This document shows positions 25,312 to 37,175 of a stretch of DNA of 64,000 bases, one piece after another. This DNA is from Octopus bimaculoides. Its lineage: Eukaryota. Below the pieces are notes generated by a model that saw only the letters and a program-made list of their open reading frames with translations, was not told the DNA's origin and ran no database searches. The translations under genes were made by a program, and so were the position numbers. Location: the NCBI RefSeq assembly GCF_001194135.2, contig NC_068984.1, forward strand, positions 128,556,757-128,620,756, written 5' to 3'. How positions within the stretch are numbered: position 1 is the first letter of the stretch; each line of letters starts with the position of its first letter.

Positions 25312-26071
25312 AGAAACTACAACAAAAAGTACAGCAGAAACAACAACAGTAGCAAAAGAAAAGAAACAGCAAAAACTCCTCAAAAGGAAGCCCTAAAAGG
25401 AACACCAACAGATACCAAACCAACAGAGTTACCCATTCCCATGTCTCATTCAGGCATGTGCAAAAACAAACAAACAAACAAAAAAAGACAAAGAATGGAA
25501 AGACGTTCACAAGAAAAAAAAAACGAAAAACGGACACAACCACAGCCCCTCCCCACAACACAGACACATTCCCACAGCCACTAACCCTAATACCCATATT
25601 ACCAACACCATCAATACCACTGCCAGTACCACAGACAAAACAGAAACCACTATTAAAAAGTATAATGAACCTTACTGCAATAAACACACACAAAAAAATA
25701 CACAGCTAATGAAATATATACAAGAACACACCAACATTACTTCAAGAAATTTTCTTTGTGCACCACCTAAAGCAACACAATACATGCAGATCCTCAGCAT
25801 TTCAAATAACATGTTCATTGACATAAAAGATTACTCCAATGCGGTGGGCATATTTCAGAAAACTATAAGTAAAACGCTTTATAAAAATCTGATTGTGGAA
25901 ACACCCAAAACTAGTCAGAGGAGTGAGAAAACCACTCACCCTCCCGACAGCCAAAACAGCTTTTGGATAAACGTCGTTGCAAGAATAGCTAGAACGAATG
26001 GGTCTGGCTTGAGTATAAATCTCTAATCGTCCCTCTTGTTGAGCCTTAGTAGCTAATAAAGAAAATATAGA

Positions 26072-26654
26072 CAGTTATAACTTAAACTTATTAAAGAAAA
26101 TAATTTCTTGCCGAACAACCGCACAGATGCTTTGTTCATAGTGATAAAATGTTTATGTTCACATAAGCTCACTTCCTCCATTAATTTATCTATGTATCTA
26201 GCAAGCTAGCTGTCTGTCTATGTAATCAATCTATCAAGTTATTTTAATAGGATTAGCAACAGGATTAAACAGTTTCCAGACGAGTAGGAGGGATATAATG
26301 ACTGTTTCAAATTTAAAATTCATTCAATGTCCGTTTGTGAAAGAAAAGAACACGGGAAAAGAACAATGACAACTATAGCTTAAACTTATTGAAGAAAATA
26401 ATTTCTTGCCGAACAAACATACAGATTGATCGAATGTTTATGTTCACATAAGCTCACTTCCTCCATCAAATTGACATTACCTGTGCAGGTGCACCATGTG
26501 TCACATGTTAGGCGACGAAATGATCGCAGTGCAACGTGAAATGAAGGGCTTCGCTCAAGAGCACGATGGAACGCTCAGTCTGGGAACCGAAATCACGATC
26601 TCGCAATCGTAAGTGCAACACACAAACCACTAAGTCATGTGCCTTCACGTGGAT

Positions 26655-26687
<33 letters not shown>

Positions 26688-26934
26688 TACAAAGATTTAT
26701 ATAGCTGCCTCTCTCTCTCTCTCTCTCTCTCTTTCTAGCTATCTAGCTACCTATCTGTTTATGTAATCAATCTATCAAACTGTTTTATAGGATTAGCAAA
26801 CAGAATTAAGCAGTTTCCAGACGAGTTGGAGGGATATAATGACGACTGTTTCTAATTAAAAATTCATTCAATATCCGTTTGTGAAAGAAAAAAATAAGGA
26901 AAAAGAACAATGACAACTATAACTTAAACTTATT
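26072..26934 (+). repeat. Local tandem duplication of a ~300-bp unit, second copy interrupted by a retroposon and microsatellite
   Basis: aacttaaacttatt at ~26079, ~26378 and ~26921. ttccagacgagt(a/t)ggagggatataatgac in both copies. Confidence 0.8.
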
Positions 26935-27129
26935 ATATAGACTGAATTATTCATAAGATAAACTAGATTGAAAACCGATCTAAGATTACTCTCCATTGTT
27001 GATGTGTAGCTATAAGTCGGCTTTGATCGAGATGACATCCTAGCTGTGACAATCTCGCCTTTCTAGACAAGATGTGTTTTTAAGGCGTAGAAGATATACC
27101 ATCTTTTATTAAGACGTAATATAATAAGG

Positions 27130-28020
27130 AATATATTATACAAAGATTGGTGGTGCTGCATCGGTAAGTACTGTATTTATTGGAAAAAGATAAAGAGAAA
27201 GAATAATGGAATATTGCGGAGGACGGTGAAGTGGAAGTGGAGTTTTCGACGTTTCAAGCAATCTTACTTTTGGGCTAATTAAAGGTGGAAAGGCAGAAGA
27301 GTTTTTAAATCCTCTATGTTAGGACGACTGGCAGCAACTGATAGAGAACGCAAAACAATGTGAGAGAGTATGTGTCGACAGGAAGTAGTGAGAGAGAGAG
27401 AGAGAAGGAAAGAGAAAAGAAGGAGGAAAAGAAGATGGATGAGGCGTTGTAGAGAAAATGTAGAGAAAAGAGTAAAGCAGTGATCACTGTATTAGGAAGA
27501 GGAGGAGAAGGAGCCGGAGGTAAAAAGTGTTCATTCAAATTCACAAGTGTTACGGTTCTAAGTCTAAATATATATTGTTCCGTCTGTTTCCTTGAGTGCG
27601 CGGTACCAAGGTGTGCAGATAGATAATGGAGTGACCCCCTAGTGTCGGAGTGGGTGTCGACAGGCTGACCTTGTATGCGTATTAGATTATTTTGTATGTG
27701 CTCGATGATCGACGAGGTGACGACCTACGCTAAATTAAAAGGCGCCGTAAAGTTTGCATATGATTGAGTATGTGACGTTGGTTGTCGTGCAGGAGAAATT
27801 TTAGGTGATATAGCGCCGGTGATGGTTGAAATATTGTTGATGTAAGAAAGATGTTGCATCTGCGGTGTGGGCATTGAAAGTACTTACCTGGGGCGCTGTA
27901 GAGCTTTTAACTGAGAGGTTACGGAAATGTCTACTTTTATAAAAAACGAAGAGAGTTGCTGCAGGAAAGCTCGGGGTGGTTATGAGATCAGAGAGTAGAA
28001 TTAAGAAGTTTCGGATGAGT
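27130..28020 (-). mobile_element. Decayed Penelope-like element, GIY-YIG endonuclease region and 3' end
   Basis: Minus translation PGKYFQCPHRRCNIF...NFSCTTTNVTYSIICKLYGAF*FSVGRHLVDHRAH resembles the PLE motif FTCxSxNxIYxIxCxxC...YIGxTxR. Terminal ttgaaacgtc. Confidence 0.6.
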
Positions 28021-28029
28021 GTACCTTAC

Positions 28030-28157
28030 CTCGCAACGCTTTCGACAGCGGCAGATCGGACATCCAGTTCGTCCATCTGTAGCAAATCCACTCTGGAGAC
28101 ATTGAATTCCGCAGTAAGATTTTGACAAATCAAGACACCAGGGGAACAGTGGTTTAC
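28030..28157 (-). CDS. Coding exon 2: antistasin-like domain (G)KPLFPWCLDLSKSYCGIQCLQSGFATDGRTGCPICRCRKRCE
   Basis: Acceptor ctctttatctcaaaag|GT (phase 1) and donor GAG|GTAAGG (phase 0), 128 bp. Contains the C-x7-C-x3-C-...-GF-x2-D-x3-GC-x2-C-x-C pattern typical of antistasin repeats. Absent from the ORF track. Confidence 0.9.
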
Positions 28158-28189
28158 CTTTTGAGATAAAGAGATAGATAGAGAGAAAG

Positions 28190-28192
28190 TGA

Positions 28193-28266
<74 letters not shown>
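28190..28266. repeat. (GA)n microsatellite immediately upstream (minus strand) of the exon-2 acceptor
   Basis: Direct reading. Confidence 0.95.
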
Positions 28267-28271
<5 letters not shown>

Positions 28272-29799
28272 CATTGCTTCAAACAATTTCTCTCAGAAAT
28301 TTTCATTGATATATGTATGTATGTATGTATGTACGTACGTATATATATATGTATGTATGAATATATATATATGTGTGTGTGTGTGTATGTATATATATAT
28401 ATATATATATATATAAAACCATCTATGTATCATACTTAATGTAAATATATATTTACTGCAGTACTCGTCCGGTTATAACATCTCTTACGAATATGGTGTG
28501 TTTAAAATGTATATCGGAGGTAGACGAAAATCGTCCCAGTAGCGGCTAGCGAGAATGCGAGATACATTTCGGTCTTTTTGGGCCTTGTCAATGGCGTGTA
28601 CTTAGAGCCAGCCATATGCTTTGACGAAATTCCCCGCCTTCGATGTAAAGGAAAACAAAGAAAAAAATTCACTTGTATTGCGAATAGCAAAATAAAAATC
28701 CTTATATACAATAAAAGTAGTATGAAATTAAAATAGTCATCTATGTATCATACTTAATGTAAATACATCGTTGGAAAGCAAGTTTACTGCAAATATTAAT
28801 CCAGAGATAACATTCCTTATATGTTGTGTTGTGTTTAAAAACACAAAATGACTTGATTGGACTGTTTAGTTTGTACATACGGCCCACTGCATATTTTATT
28901 TACCTGAAAAATTGCATAAAGAAGAAAAACTAAAAGACATGTTTGCTTCTGTATCGTTTAACATCTTTTCCAACCAATCACGATCAATCGCAGCACGTTC
29001 TTAATTTTGGCGCCTTTCTAAGTTAGAATGCTGCCCTTCGTATGAGCCAACTGTTTTTTTTTTTCATAAATACGTCATTTACGTATTGGCAGAGCTTACC
29101 AGTATTTTCTGGCGAATTCACGTCAGTCAGTGTAACACTTTCTCAGACAAATACACACTTGCTAATTCATATTATTCTTTCTCAACATCTACGTGCTTTA
29201 TTGAAAAGTATATTTCGTTCGTTATGTGCTTAATAATGGTTTCAAATTTTGGCACAAGGCCAACAATTCTAAGGGAGGAGGATAGTCGATTACATAAGTC
29301 CCAACACGCAAACTTTATTGACCTCGAAAGGCAAAGTCCACTTCGATGTAATTTGAACTCAAAACGTAAATAGCCGGAAGAAATGCCGCTAAGAATTTTG
29401 ATGCACTAACGATTCTGTCAGCTCGTCACCTTTTGGCATAAATATTCTACACTGAACTGACAAGTAATTAGTTCACTGTACTCTTTCGCCCCAACTTTTT
29501 CTCACTCGCTGCGATGGACTGGCATCTCGTCCAGCTGGGGGGAACACATACGCCATAGAAACCGGGAAACCGGGCCCATGGGCCTGGCTAGGCTTTGAAA
29601 GGGCGACGTTTATCGTTTTTTAACTTTTACTAGTGCTGTGTGTGTATGTGTGTATGCGTGTGTGTGTGTGTGAAGCGCACTTTTTTGGTTGTTATAATTG
29701 CTTCTTTTGACGCTATTTGTCTTCATGCAACGAAAATATTAACAGCAAATTAATTTCAATTGCAGTGAAAGATACTTTGAAATATTAAACACTCTATGG

Positions 29800-30096
29800 C
29801 AGGGGTTTTCAAACTGTGGTCCGCGGACCACAGGGGGTCCGCAAGGACAAGACAGGGGGTCCGTGGACAGCAAATACTTTTTATGGGCAATTTGATTTTA
29901 TATATGTTTTTTAATCGAAATCTTTTCATTGACAATAAACCTATTTGTTAAATACTGTTAAATAAATAAATGTAAAAATATATGTTATTTTAAGCAAATA
30001 TTTATGTATAAATTTCATAAGCGTTTATAAGGGGCTCCTTAAGTTAAAGCCTGAAATATAAAGGGGTCCGCAAGTCAAAAAGTTTGAAAACCCCTG
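29800..30096. mobile_element. hAT MITE with perfect 8-bp TSD
   Basis: ctctatgg|CAGGGGTTTTCAAAC...GTTTGAAAACCCCTG|ctctatgg. Confidence 0.92.
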
Positions 30097-30249
30097 CTCT
30101 ATGGTATCTTGTTAAAATCTTATGTGCTTGATTTTATGACATATATACGCTGGTCCTTTCTTTAACATTGGCGAGCTCAGACTTTTACTACGATCCTTTA
30201 AATTAATGAATAAATCAATTTAAAAAGTTCACAAATTTACTCTTTTACT

Positions 30250-30483
30250 CTTTTATTCTTTTACTTGTTTCAGTCATTTGACTGCGGCCATGCTGGAGCA
30301 CCGCCTTTAGTCGAGCAAATCGACCCCAGGACTTATTCTTTGGATGCCTAGTACTTATTCTATCGGTCTCTTTTGCTGAACCGCTAAGTTACGGGGACAT
30401 AAACACACCAGCATCGGTTGTCAAGCGATGTTGGGGTGGGGTGGGGGACAAACACAGACACACAAACATATACACACGCATAC

Positions 30484-30514
<31 letters not shown>

Positions 30515-30672
30515 TACGACGGGCTTCTTTCAGTTTCCGTCTACCAAATCGACTCACAAGGCTTTGGTCGGCCCGAGGCTATAGTAGAAAACACTTGCCA
30601 TGCAGTGGGACTGAACCCGGAACTATGTGGTTAGTAAGCAAGCTAATTACCACACAGCCACACCTGCGCCTA
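30250..30672 (-). mobile_element. SINE family B, full copy
   Basis: Head ggcgcagg...gctgtgtggtaa on minus strand; internal (TA)n/(CA)n. Confidence 0.9.
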
Positions 30673-30719
30673 CAAATTTGATAAAAAGAAAAATCAAACT
30701 TGCTATATTTAATTCGGTT

Positions 30720-31140
30720 TTCGTGCCTTCGGTCGTGAATGTTGGGTAGTGACCGAACGAGTATGATTGTGAATACAAGTGGCCGAAATGGGGTCCCTCC
30801 GAAAGATCTCTGGAGTAACGTTACTTTTTAGAATGGGTAGCTCGGCGATCAGGGAATCTTTCCAGGTCATACATCTGTGTTTCTTCGCATTGAGAGATCA
30901 CAGCTCCGGTACAACTGACACGTGATTAGAATGTCGCAAGAACGGATCGTAAGACGGATTGATCAAGCCTAGCTAACCGGCAGGAGATCTACGGGTAGAC
31001 CAAGAATTAGATGGTTGGAGCATCTACATAGTCTCAGTTAGTTACGCTTAAGAACCCAACTGAAAAATTGTAATGACGGTTGCTTCTGAAAGGGCCCTAT
31101 GCAGGAGGTGCCTGAAGACTCTACCTAACAATCCTTGCAG
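30720..31140 (+). mobile_element. Decayed RTE-type LINE 3' fragment
   Basis: Translates IERSQLRYN*HVIRMSQERIVRRI...TGRRSTGRPRIRWLE, the RTE-like W.GHV.RM...R..GRP..RW signature. Confidence 0.65.
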
Positions 31141-31935
31141 GAATGGTGGGTGGGAAAGATGGATGGATAACATCCAGACTCTGGATGTTATTTCTAATTA
31201 AAATAACGCCTACATACACAAACATAGAAGCACACATGTATATAGATATATGCATATATATATATNNNNNNNNNNNNNNNNNNNNNNNNNNNNNNNNNNN
31301 NNNNNNNNNNNNNNNNNNNNNNNNNNNNNNNNNNNNNNNNNNNNNNNNNNNNNNNNNNNNNNNNNNNNNNNNNNNNNNNNNNNNNNNNNNNNNNNNNNNN
31401 NNNNNNNNNNNNNNNNNNNNNNNNNNNNNNNNNNNNNNNNNNNNNNNNNNNNNNNNNNNNNNNNNNNNNNNNNNNNNNNNNNNNNNNNNNNNNNNNNNNN
31501 NNNNNNNNNNNNNNNNNNNNNNNNNNNNNNNNNNNNNNNNNNNNNNNNNNNNNNNNNNNNNNNNNNNNNNNNNNNNNNNNNNNNNNNNNNNNNNNNNNNN
31601 NNNNNNNNNNNNNNNNNNNNNNNNNNNNNNNNNNNNNNNNNNNNNNNNNNNNNNNNNNNNNNNNNNNNNNNNNNNNNNNNNNNNNNNNNNNNNNNNNNNN
31701 NNNNNNNNNNNNNNNNNNNNNNNNNNNNNNNNNNNNNNNNNNNNNNNNNNNNNNNNNNNNNNNNNNNNNNNNNNNNNNNNNNNNNNNNNNNNNNNNNNNN
31801 NNNNNNNNNNNNNNNNNNNNNNNNNNNNNNNNNNNNNNNNNNNNNNNNNNNNNNNNATATATATATATATATATAAATAAATGAAAGCCCTAACGATGTA
31901 TAAAGGAAACAGAAAACGGATGAAAGTTGACATAC

Positions 31936-32023
31936 CATCGCGATAATTAAAGGAAAATACTCCAACATTGGCCAAATAGCAAACAACTATAAAAATAGTT
32001 AAACAACCGCTTTTATTGATCAT
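31936..32023 (-). CDS. Coding exon 1 of a secreted multidomain protease-inhibitor gene: signal peptide MINKSGCLTIFIVVCYLANVGVFSFNYRD
   Basis: ATG at 32023. Basic-then-hydrophobic N-terminus. Preceded by a pyrimidine-rich acceptor (ttttattttccttttacaatttccag|, exon starts 32034). Ends at a phase-1 donor G|GTATGT. Confidence 0.85.
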
Positions 32024-33654
32024 GTTGAATGGAACTGGAAATTGTAAAAGGAAAATAAAAGGATTAAGATATTTTATCATGGAATTATGATTTCAGTGTT
32101 AGGTCATTTGAGTTATGAGAGGGTTAGTAGATTTAGTGAAATGAACGAGCTATCTAAAACAGCGCAATATGTACACCATGCTTCTCTTTCAACTATGTTA
32201 ATTTTCTTTCAGATTTCTCTGACTTCAACATGGTACATTGCATTCACAAAAGTTTTAACTTCAGGGAGTTGGTGGCAAGCATTATTATAACTTATATGAA
32301 CATGTGCTGTTGGGTGTTTTTAGAAGAGCTTTTCTTTTTTGTATTTGCATCTTGCTTTTCTCCGTGAAAACCTTGATGTCATCAGTGAGGAGCACGGTGA
32401 AATATTTCACCAACAAAGCTAACAAGGCCGCTGAGATACTGCCATGATGAGTGAATATGTTACGTCTCTGGTTAAAAACGATGAAAGCAGTCACAAAATA
32501 AAACTGCGATCTTCAAAGCACTTTTAATTTTAATTTTAGAGCTGTTTCATATTTTTTTAGCTTGTCATTTATTTATTAAATGCAATCATTTGGAACATTT
32601 TCGGAAAATTCAACATGAAATTGATTCCTTTTTCTCTCAACATAGGAATGAAAACGAGGCCAGCATCTAGCTCCAGGTGAAAGTTGTATTATAGAATGTC
32701 TAACTACAAAGCTAAAATTCTTTTCGAAAATATCGATACCAGGCGGAAGCTAAGATCACGTTTGAACTCAGCACGGAAAAATATATGTAGACAAACAAAA
32801 AAATCCAGATTAATAACACCCATATTATCTAATGTATGAAGTAGAGACAGCCTAAAATATATCAGATTTGCAATATGCAGTGTACTAGTTGATGCAATAG
32901 CATTTATGATAAATATGAGTAGAAATAAATCGAACCAGGTAGGGGAGAACGAAATGAAAACTGGAATGTACGACTGACAATCAGTTGGCAGAACAGAAAT
33001 ATAGAAAGAAGTGAAGAAATGTAAGATATTGCAACCAATTTTTTAATGTTATATGGAAAAATGAGTAAAATATAGACGAGAAAGTTAGCCTAGTTCAAAG
33101 AGAAAAAAAATATATATATTGCCATAGAAAATATCAGTTGAAGAAATAATTGTACATATATTATTGACATAGGAGATTTTATTGAGAAATGATGCAAAGA
33201 AAACACGAAATAAGATTATATCAAGTTTCACCTCAATATGGAAAAATAAATCGTCAAGTAATTAAGTCTTGGGTGGTCAGTGTCGAGTGATGCGGACATA
33301 ATTATCGAGGTGGAAGCGATGAGGTAGTAAACCTCTAATGCTTGCAATATATTTTTCCTTCTGTCCTTTTTTTTTAATTAATCAAATATAGTGCTCATAA
33401 AATTGATATGTCCTGCCATACTGGTGAAATTGATGTAACTGATGCTCAGTTTGGACATCCATAGATCGATGTCTGTAGAGAAATGTGAGCGACGAAGTAA
33501 TTTTTGTTTCTACGCTATGGTGTTGGACAATCTTAAAACATTTAAAAACTAATTTTACAAAACAAAGCAATTTCACTGCTTATTTTTCAATACTCACCCC
33601 TACTAAAGGGAAGGTTGGTTTTCCTCCAAAAGTACTGTTTTGAATAGCATGATA

Positions 33655-33842
33655 ATGGTTTCAAATTTTGGCACAAAAGTCGATTACATCGACTCCAATG
33701 CTTAGCAAGTATTCACTTTATCGACACTCCGAAAGGCAAAATCAACCGCGGCAGAATTTGAACTCAGAACGTAAAGAACCGGAAAAAATATCGCTTAACA
33801 TTTTGTCCGGCACGCTAACGATTCTGCTAGCTCGCCGCCTTT
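33655..33842 (-). mobile_element. SINE family A copy. Further copies at ~20695-21010, 21985-22115, 29240-29430, 36520-36735, 44280-44400, 48305-48535, 49350-49530, 52680-52775, 57185-57310
   Basis: Shared cgaaaggatgaaaggcaaagtcgacctcggcggaatttgaactcagaacg core. Confidence 0.8.
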
Positions 33843-34042
33843 GTGACTAGCATCATAGTACGAGATGAAGATAAAGAAGATTCTTAAAATATCCTAATCG
33901 ATCAATTTCATATTGCGACAAATCTGATACAAAAAAAAGCAATGAAAGAAATAACGTAAGAAATACGTCATAAAGAAGAAAAAATACAGAATAAATAAAA
34001 TTTAATATATTATAGAATCACGAAGAAAATAAGAATTCATAC

Positions 34043-34162
34043 CTTTTTTGATATTTCAATTTCCTGCTTATTATGTATTCTTATATTACTTTGAAATGCA
34101 ACAAACTTTAAGAAACGATCTAGTGTCGTGGTCAGTCAAGTTGGGCACGAAGTATTCTCATT
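34043..34162 (-). other. Candidate non-coding first exon (5' UTR) of the inhibitor gene
   Basis: Starts about 31 nt below a TATATAA box at a CTAAT initiator-like sequence. Ends at AAG|GTATGA. Supplies the donor needed for the acceptor at 32035. Confidence 0.6.
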
Positions 34163-34215
34163 AGTCAACAACAGGATACATTCTGCTTATATAGGGAACA
34201 TTGTCAACATTGACA
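34160..34215 (-). promoter_or_regulatory. Candidate core promoter: TATA box (34193-34187) plus an upstream TGTCAA-N2-TTGACA palindrome
   Basis: Minus strand reads ...tgtcaatgttgacaatgttccCTATATAAgc..., with initiator-like spacing downstream. Confidence 0.55.
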
Positions 34216-35162
34216 TTTGGGGAGGTAAAAAATTTGCTTGTTTACTTTGAAACTTCTGTATGCAGCCCCCAGTATTAGCCCACTCCAAACACACATTTCC
34301 ACTCTAACTTATTCCCTGTAACTTTCACCTTGTGTGTTTAAGCCAATTCAATTTAGACCTTCCTTAATGAGGTTACGCCTCGAGACTTGATATTTTCCCT
34401 GTCGAAATTAATTAGTCTTAATTTCAAATTCAGCTCATATCATTGACACAAGCAGTTAACTTTTTCTCCACCTCAGAAATCATATTGCTTTAATTGTATT
34501 TTGTTTCTTTTGTTTGGGTTCCAAAAATAGAAAATGGATTGCTTCTTTTTATTAATCTGTGAATTAAAAATAAATTTCGGCAACACATTTACATATATCT
34601 ATCTACAAACTCACACGTAACCATACATACCAAACACAGGTATATGCACATACACATAACTATATATTTTATATAAGGCTTGTCGAATAGAAATTGCAAC
34701 ATATTGTGCATCGTCAGAAAATATTACTCCCTCTAGTGAGGCCGATCAATACTGATGCTACTAGAGGATATTCAGGTTATTCCCATATTATAGATATCTT
34801 TTACACCTCTTGTTAGCTATTTCTACAACAAAGCCCAGTCCATGTGCCTCAATGATCCTGAGAACTATGTCTTTGGAGTGCAAGCTCGCTCCTTGCAGGA
34901 CGAAAATGGACTATTTCTTCTCTGAGGTAAAAATGGGTTTACGAGGGGCCAAACTCTCTACTTACAAAAAAAAAAAAAAAAAAAAAAAAAGTAACAGAAG
35001 TATTGATGGCAATCCAGAACCAGAGCCAAATGACGTGTCAGACCCTAACCTAAAACCCATACAGGAGGCAGAAAAGAAAACGACCCCCCAAACCTGGAGG
35101 TGGGATACTGAGGTAGTTTTGAAAAAATAAGGATCCAGCGGGAGAGAAGAAAAGACAGCCGT

Positions 35163-35490
35163 GAAGCACTACATAGAGAACATAACCCGTGCATATATGT
35201 CTAATTTTTCAGAAATTACCGCGCATGTGCGGAATACCTAATCGGCAGCAAATACAAAAAAATGCCGATTTTTCAGAAATTAGTCAAAAAACATTTTATA
35301 ATTAATAAGTCTTAGGGTAGCAAAAAATTAAGAAATTTAATTCACTACCAGTGGTGTAGCGAGAAAAAAAATTAGTCAACAGACTTTATATTATTCAATG
35401 TAAAATACAGTGTACATTTAATACACATGCGCGGTAATTTTTGAAAAATTAGACGTATATACACAAGTCATGTTCTCTATGTAGTGCCTC
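35163..35490. mobile_element. MITE/foldback with ~70-bp TIRs
   Basis: gaagcactacatagagaacataacc...aattaccgcgcatgtg is the reverse complement of cacatgcgcggtaatt...catgttctctatgtagtgcctc. Confidence 0.8.
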
Positions 35491-36734
35491 GTGCATACAT
35501 GTCGATCTAGGCTATTTCGCTGATGATAGTTGGCCTTGCAAAATAGTTTGTTTTGCTAAAATAACTTGAAACCTGGTTCGAAATATAGATGGTAAATGTT
35601 TTTATTTTTCATTCCTTTTCGAAATTATCCCTAATTTTGTGGTGTAGAGCTTTGGCTTCTCTTTCTAGCGGGTCAGTGTCCTTTTATGGGCATCTCTAAT
35701 GTGTATTAAATGTACACTGTATTTTACATGTATGTATGTATGTATGTATATATATNNNNNNNNNNNNNNNNNNNNNNNNNNNNNNNNNNNNNNNNNNNNN
35801 NNNNNNNNNNNNNNNNNNNNNNNNNNNNNNNNNNNNNNNNNNNNNNNNNNNNNNNNNNNNNNNNNNNNNNNNNNNNNNNNNNNNNNNNNNNNNNNNNNNN
35901 NNNNNNNNNNNNNNNNNNNNNNNNNNNNNNNNNNNNNNNNNNNNNNNNNNNNNNNNNNNNNNNNNNNNNNNNNNNNNNNNNNNNNNNNNNNNNNNNNNNN
36001 NNNNNNNNNNNNNNNNNNNNNNNNNNNNNNNNNNNNNNNNNNNNNNNNNNNNNNNNNNNNNNNNNNNNNNNNNNNNNNNNNNNNNNNNNNNNNNNNNNNN
36101 NNNNNNNNNNNNNNNNAAAATACAAAGAAGCATTTTTTGTCCAGTGAAGTTTCAAAGAACTTGGTATAAAAAACTCTTTTTCGTTATTACGACGACAGCA
36201 ACGATAACTTGAGTATATCGCAGAAACAGCACATTTACTAACAATATATTTTTAATTGTCAATAAAATGTAGGACACAAGACACACAAACACACAAACGT
36301 TATTTCAAAGCTTCAGTCGCTTACCAGTTTTGACTGTTTATCTGCATTTTTGTGCGTAGGGGTGGGCAAGGATTTTTCTTTAAGTGGAAGTCTAGCTGTT
36401 GACTGTGCAATGCAAGCCTCGCCACTCCAGACCACCGCCGCTAAGCATTTTGTCCGGCGCGGTAGCAATTTTCCCAGTTGCCAACTTTATGAATAATAAT
36501 AATAAATAATAATAATAATAATGGTTTCAAATTTTGCTACTGGACAGCCATTTTGGGGAGGGGATGAATCGATCACATCGACCCCAGTGTTGAGCTGGTA
36601 CTCAATTTATCGACCCCCAAAAGGATGAAAGACAAAGTCGATCTCGGCAGAATTTGAACTCAAAACGTAACGACGACTAAATACCGCTAAGCATTTCGCC
36701 TGGCTTGCTAACGATTCTGCCAGCTCACCGCCTT

Positions 36735-36774
<40 letters not shown>

Positions 36775-36789
36775 CAGATTTGCTTGTTG

Positions 36790-37175
36790 GTTGTTTGACC
36801 TTAACCAGTTGAGCATGTCCCTTGGTGGCTGACGATATGTGCATCTCTGATCATGAGCAGAAGTAGTGTGCCGAGTGGAATTTTTTTGGGTTTGAATAAT
36901 TCACCTTTGGAAACATGGGTGTTTTGCTCAACATCCTTAAACAAACCTTATTCAGGGACCTTTTGAGCAGGATGGGCTACTCGACCTGGAGAAAATTCTA
37001 ACACCTGCAAGGTCATGCGATGTTTATCTTGATATGAGATCACCATGTCGCGCAAATATGGTTGTGATGCATGTGCCTGGTGTACCCTTATCAGACAGGT
37101 AGTCATGATGGGTATACTGGGCTTCGTACATTTTACCCCAGTGTCACTTTGATGGCATGCACCCCTCTCTCACTC

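Noticed and set aside
25320-26030. A/C-rich short ORFs (also strand-biased tracts at 9800-10930, 39180-39990 and 59080-59960)
   Set aside because: Composition suggests old LINE/Penelope decay, but no motif was recognisable enough to call.
28030-28050. RKR between the antistasin and follistatin-like modules as a convertase site
   Set aside because: P4 is Cys rather than Arg and P1' is Cys; does not fit furin consensus.
32035-32080. Upstream in-frame ATG (MIKYLNPFIFLLQFPVPFN...)
   Set aside because: Lies in a typical intron 3' end. No TATA nearby, and a better first exon exists at 34043-34162. Not fully excluded without 5' data.
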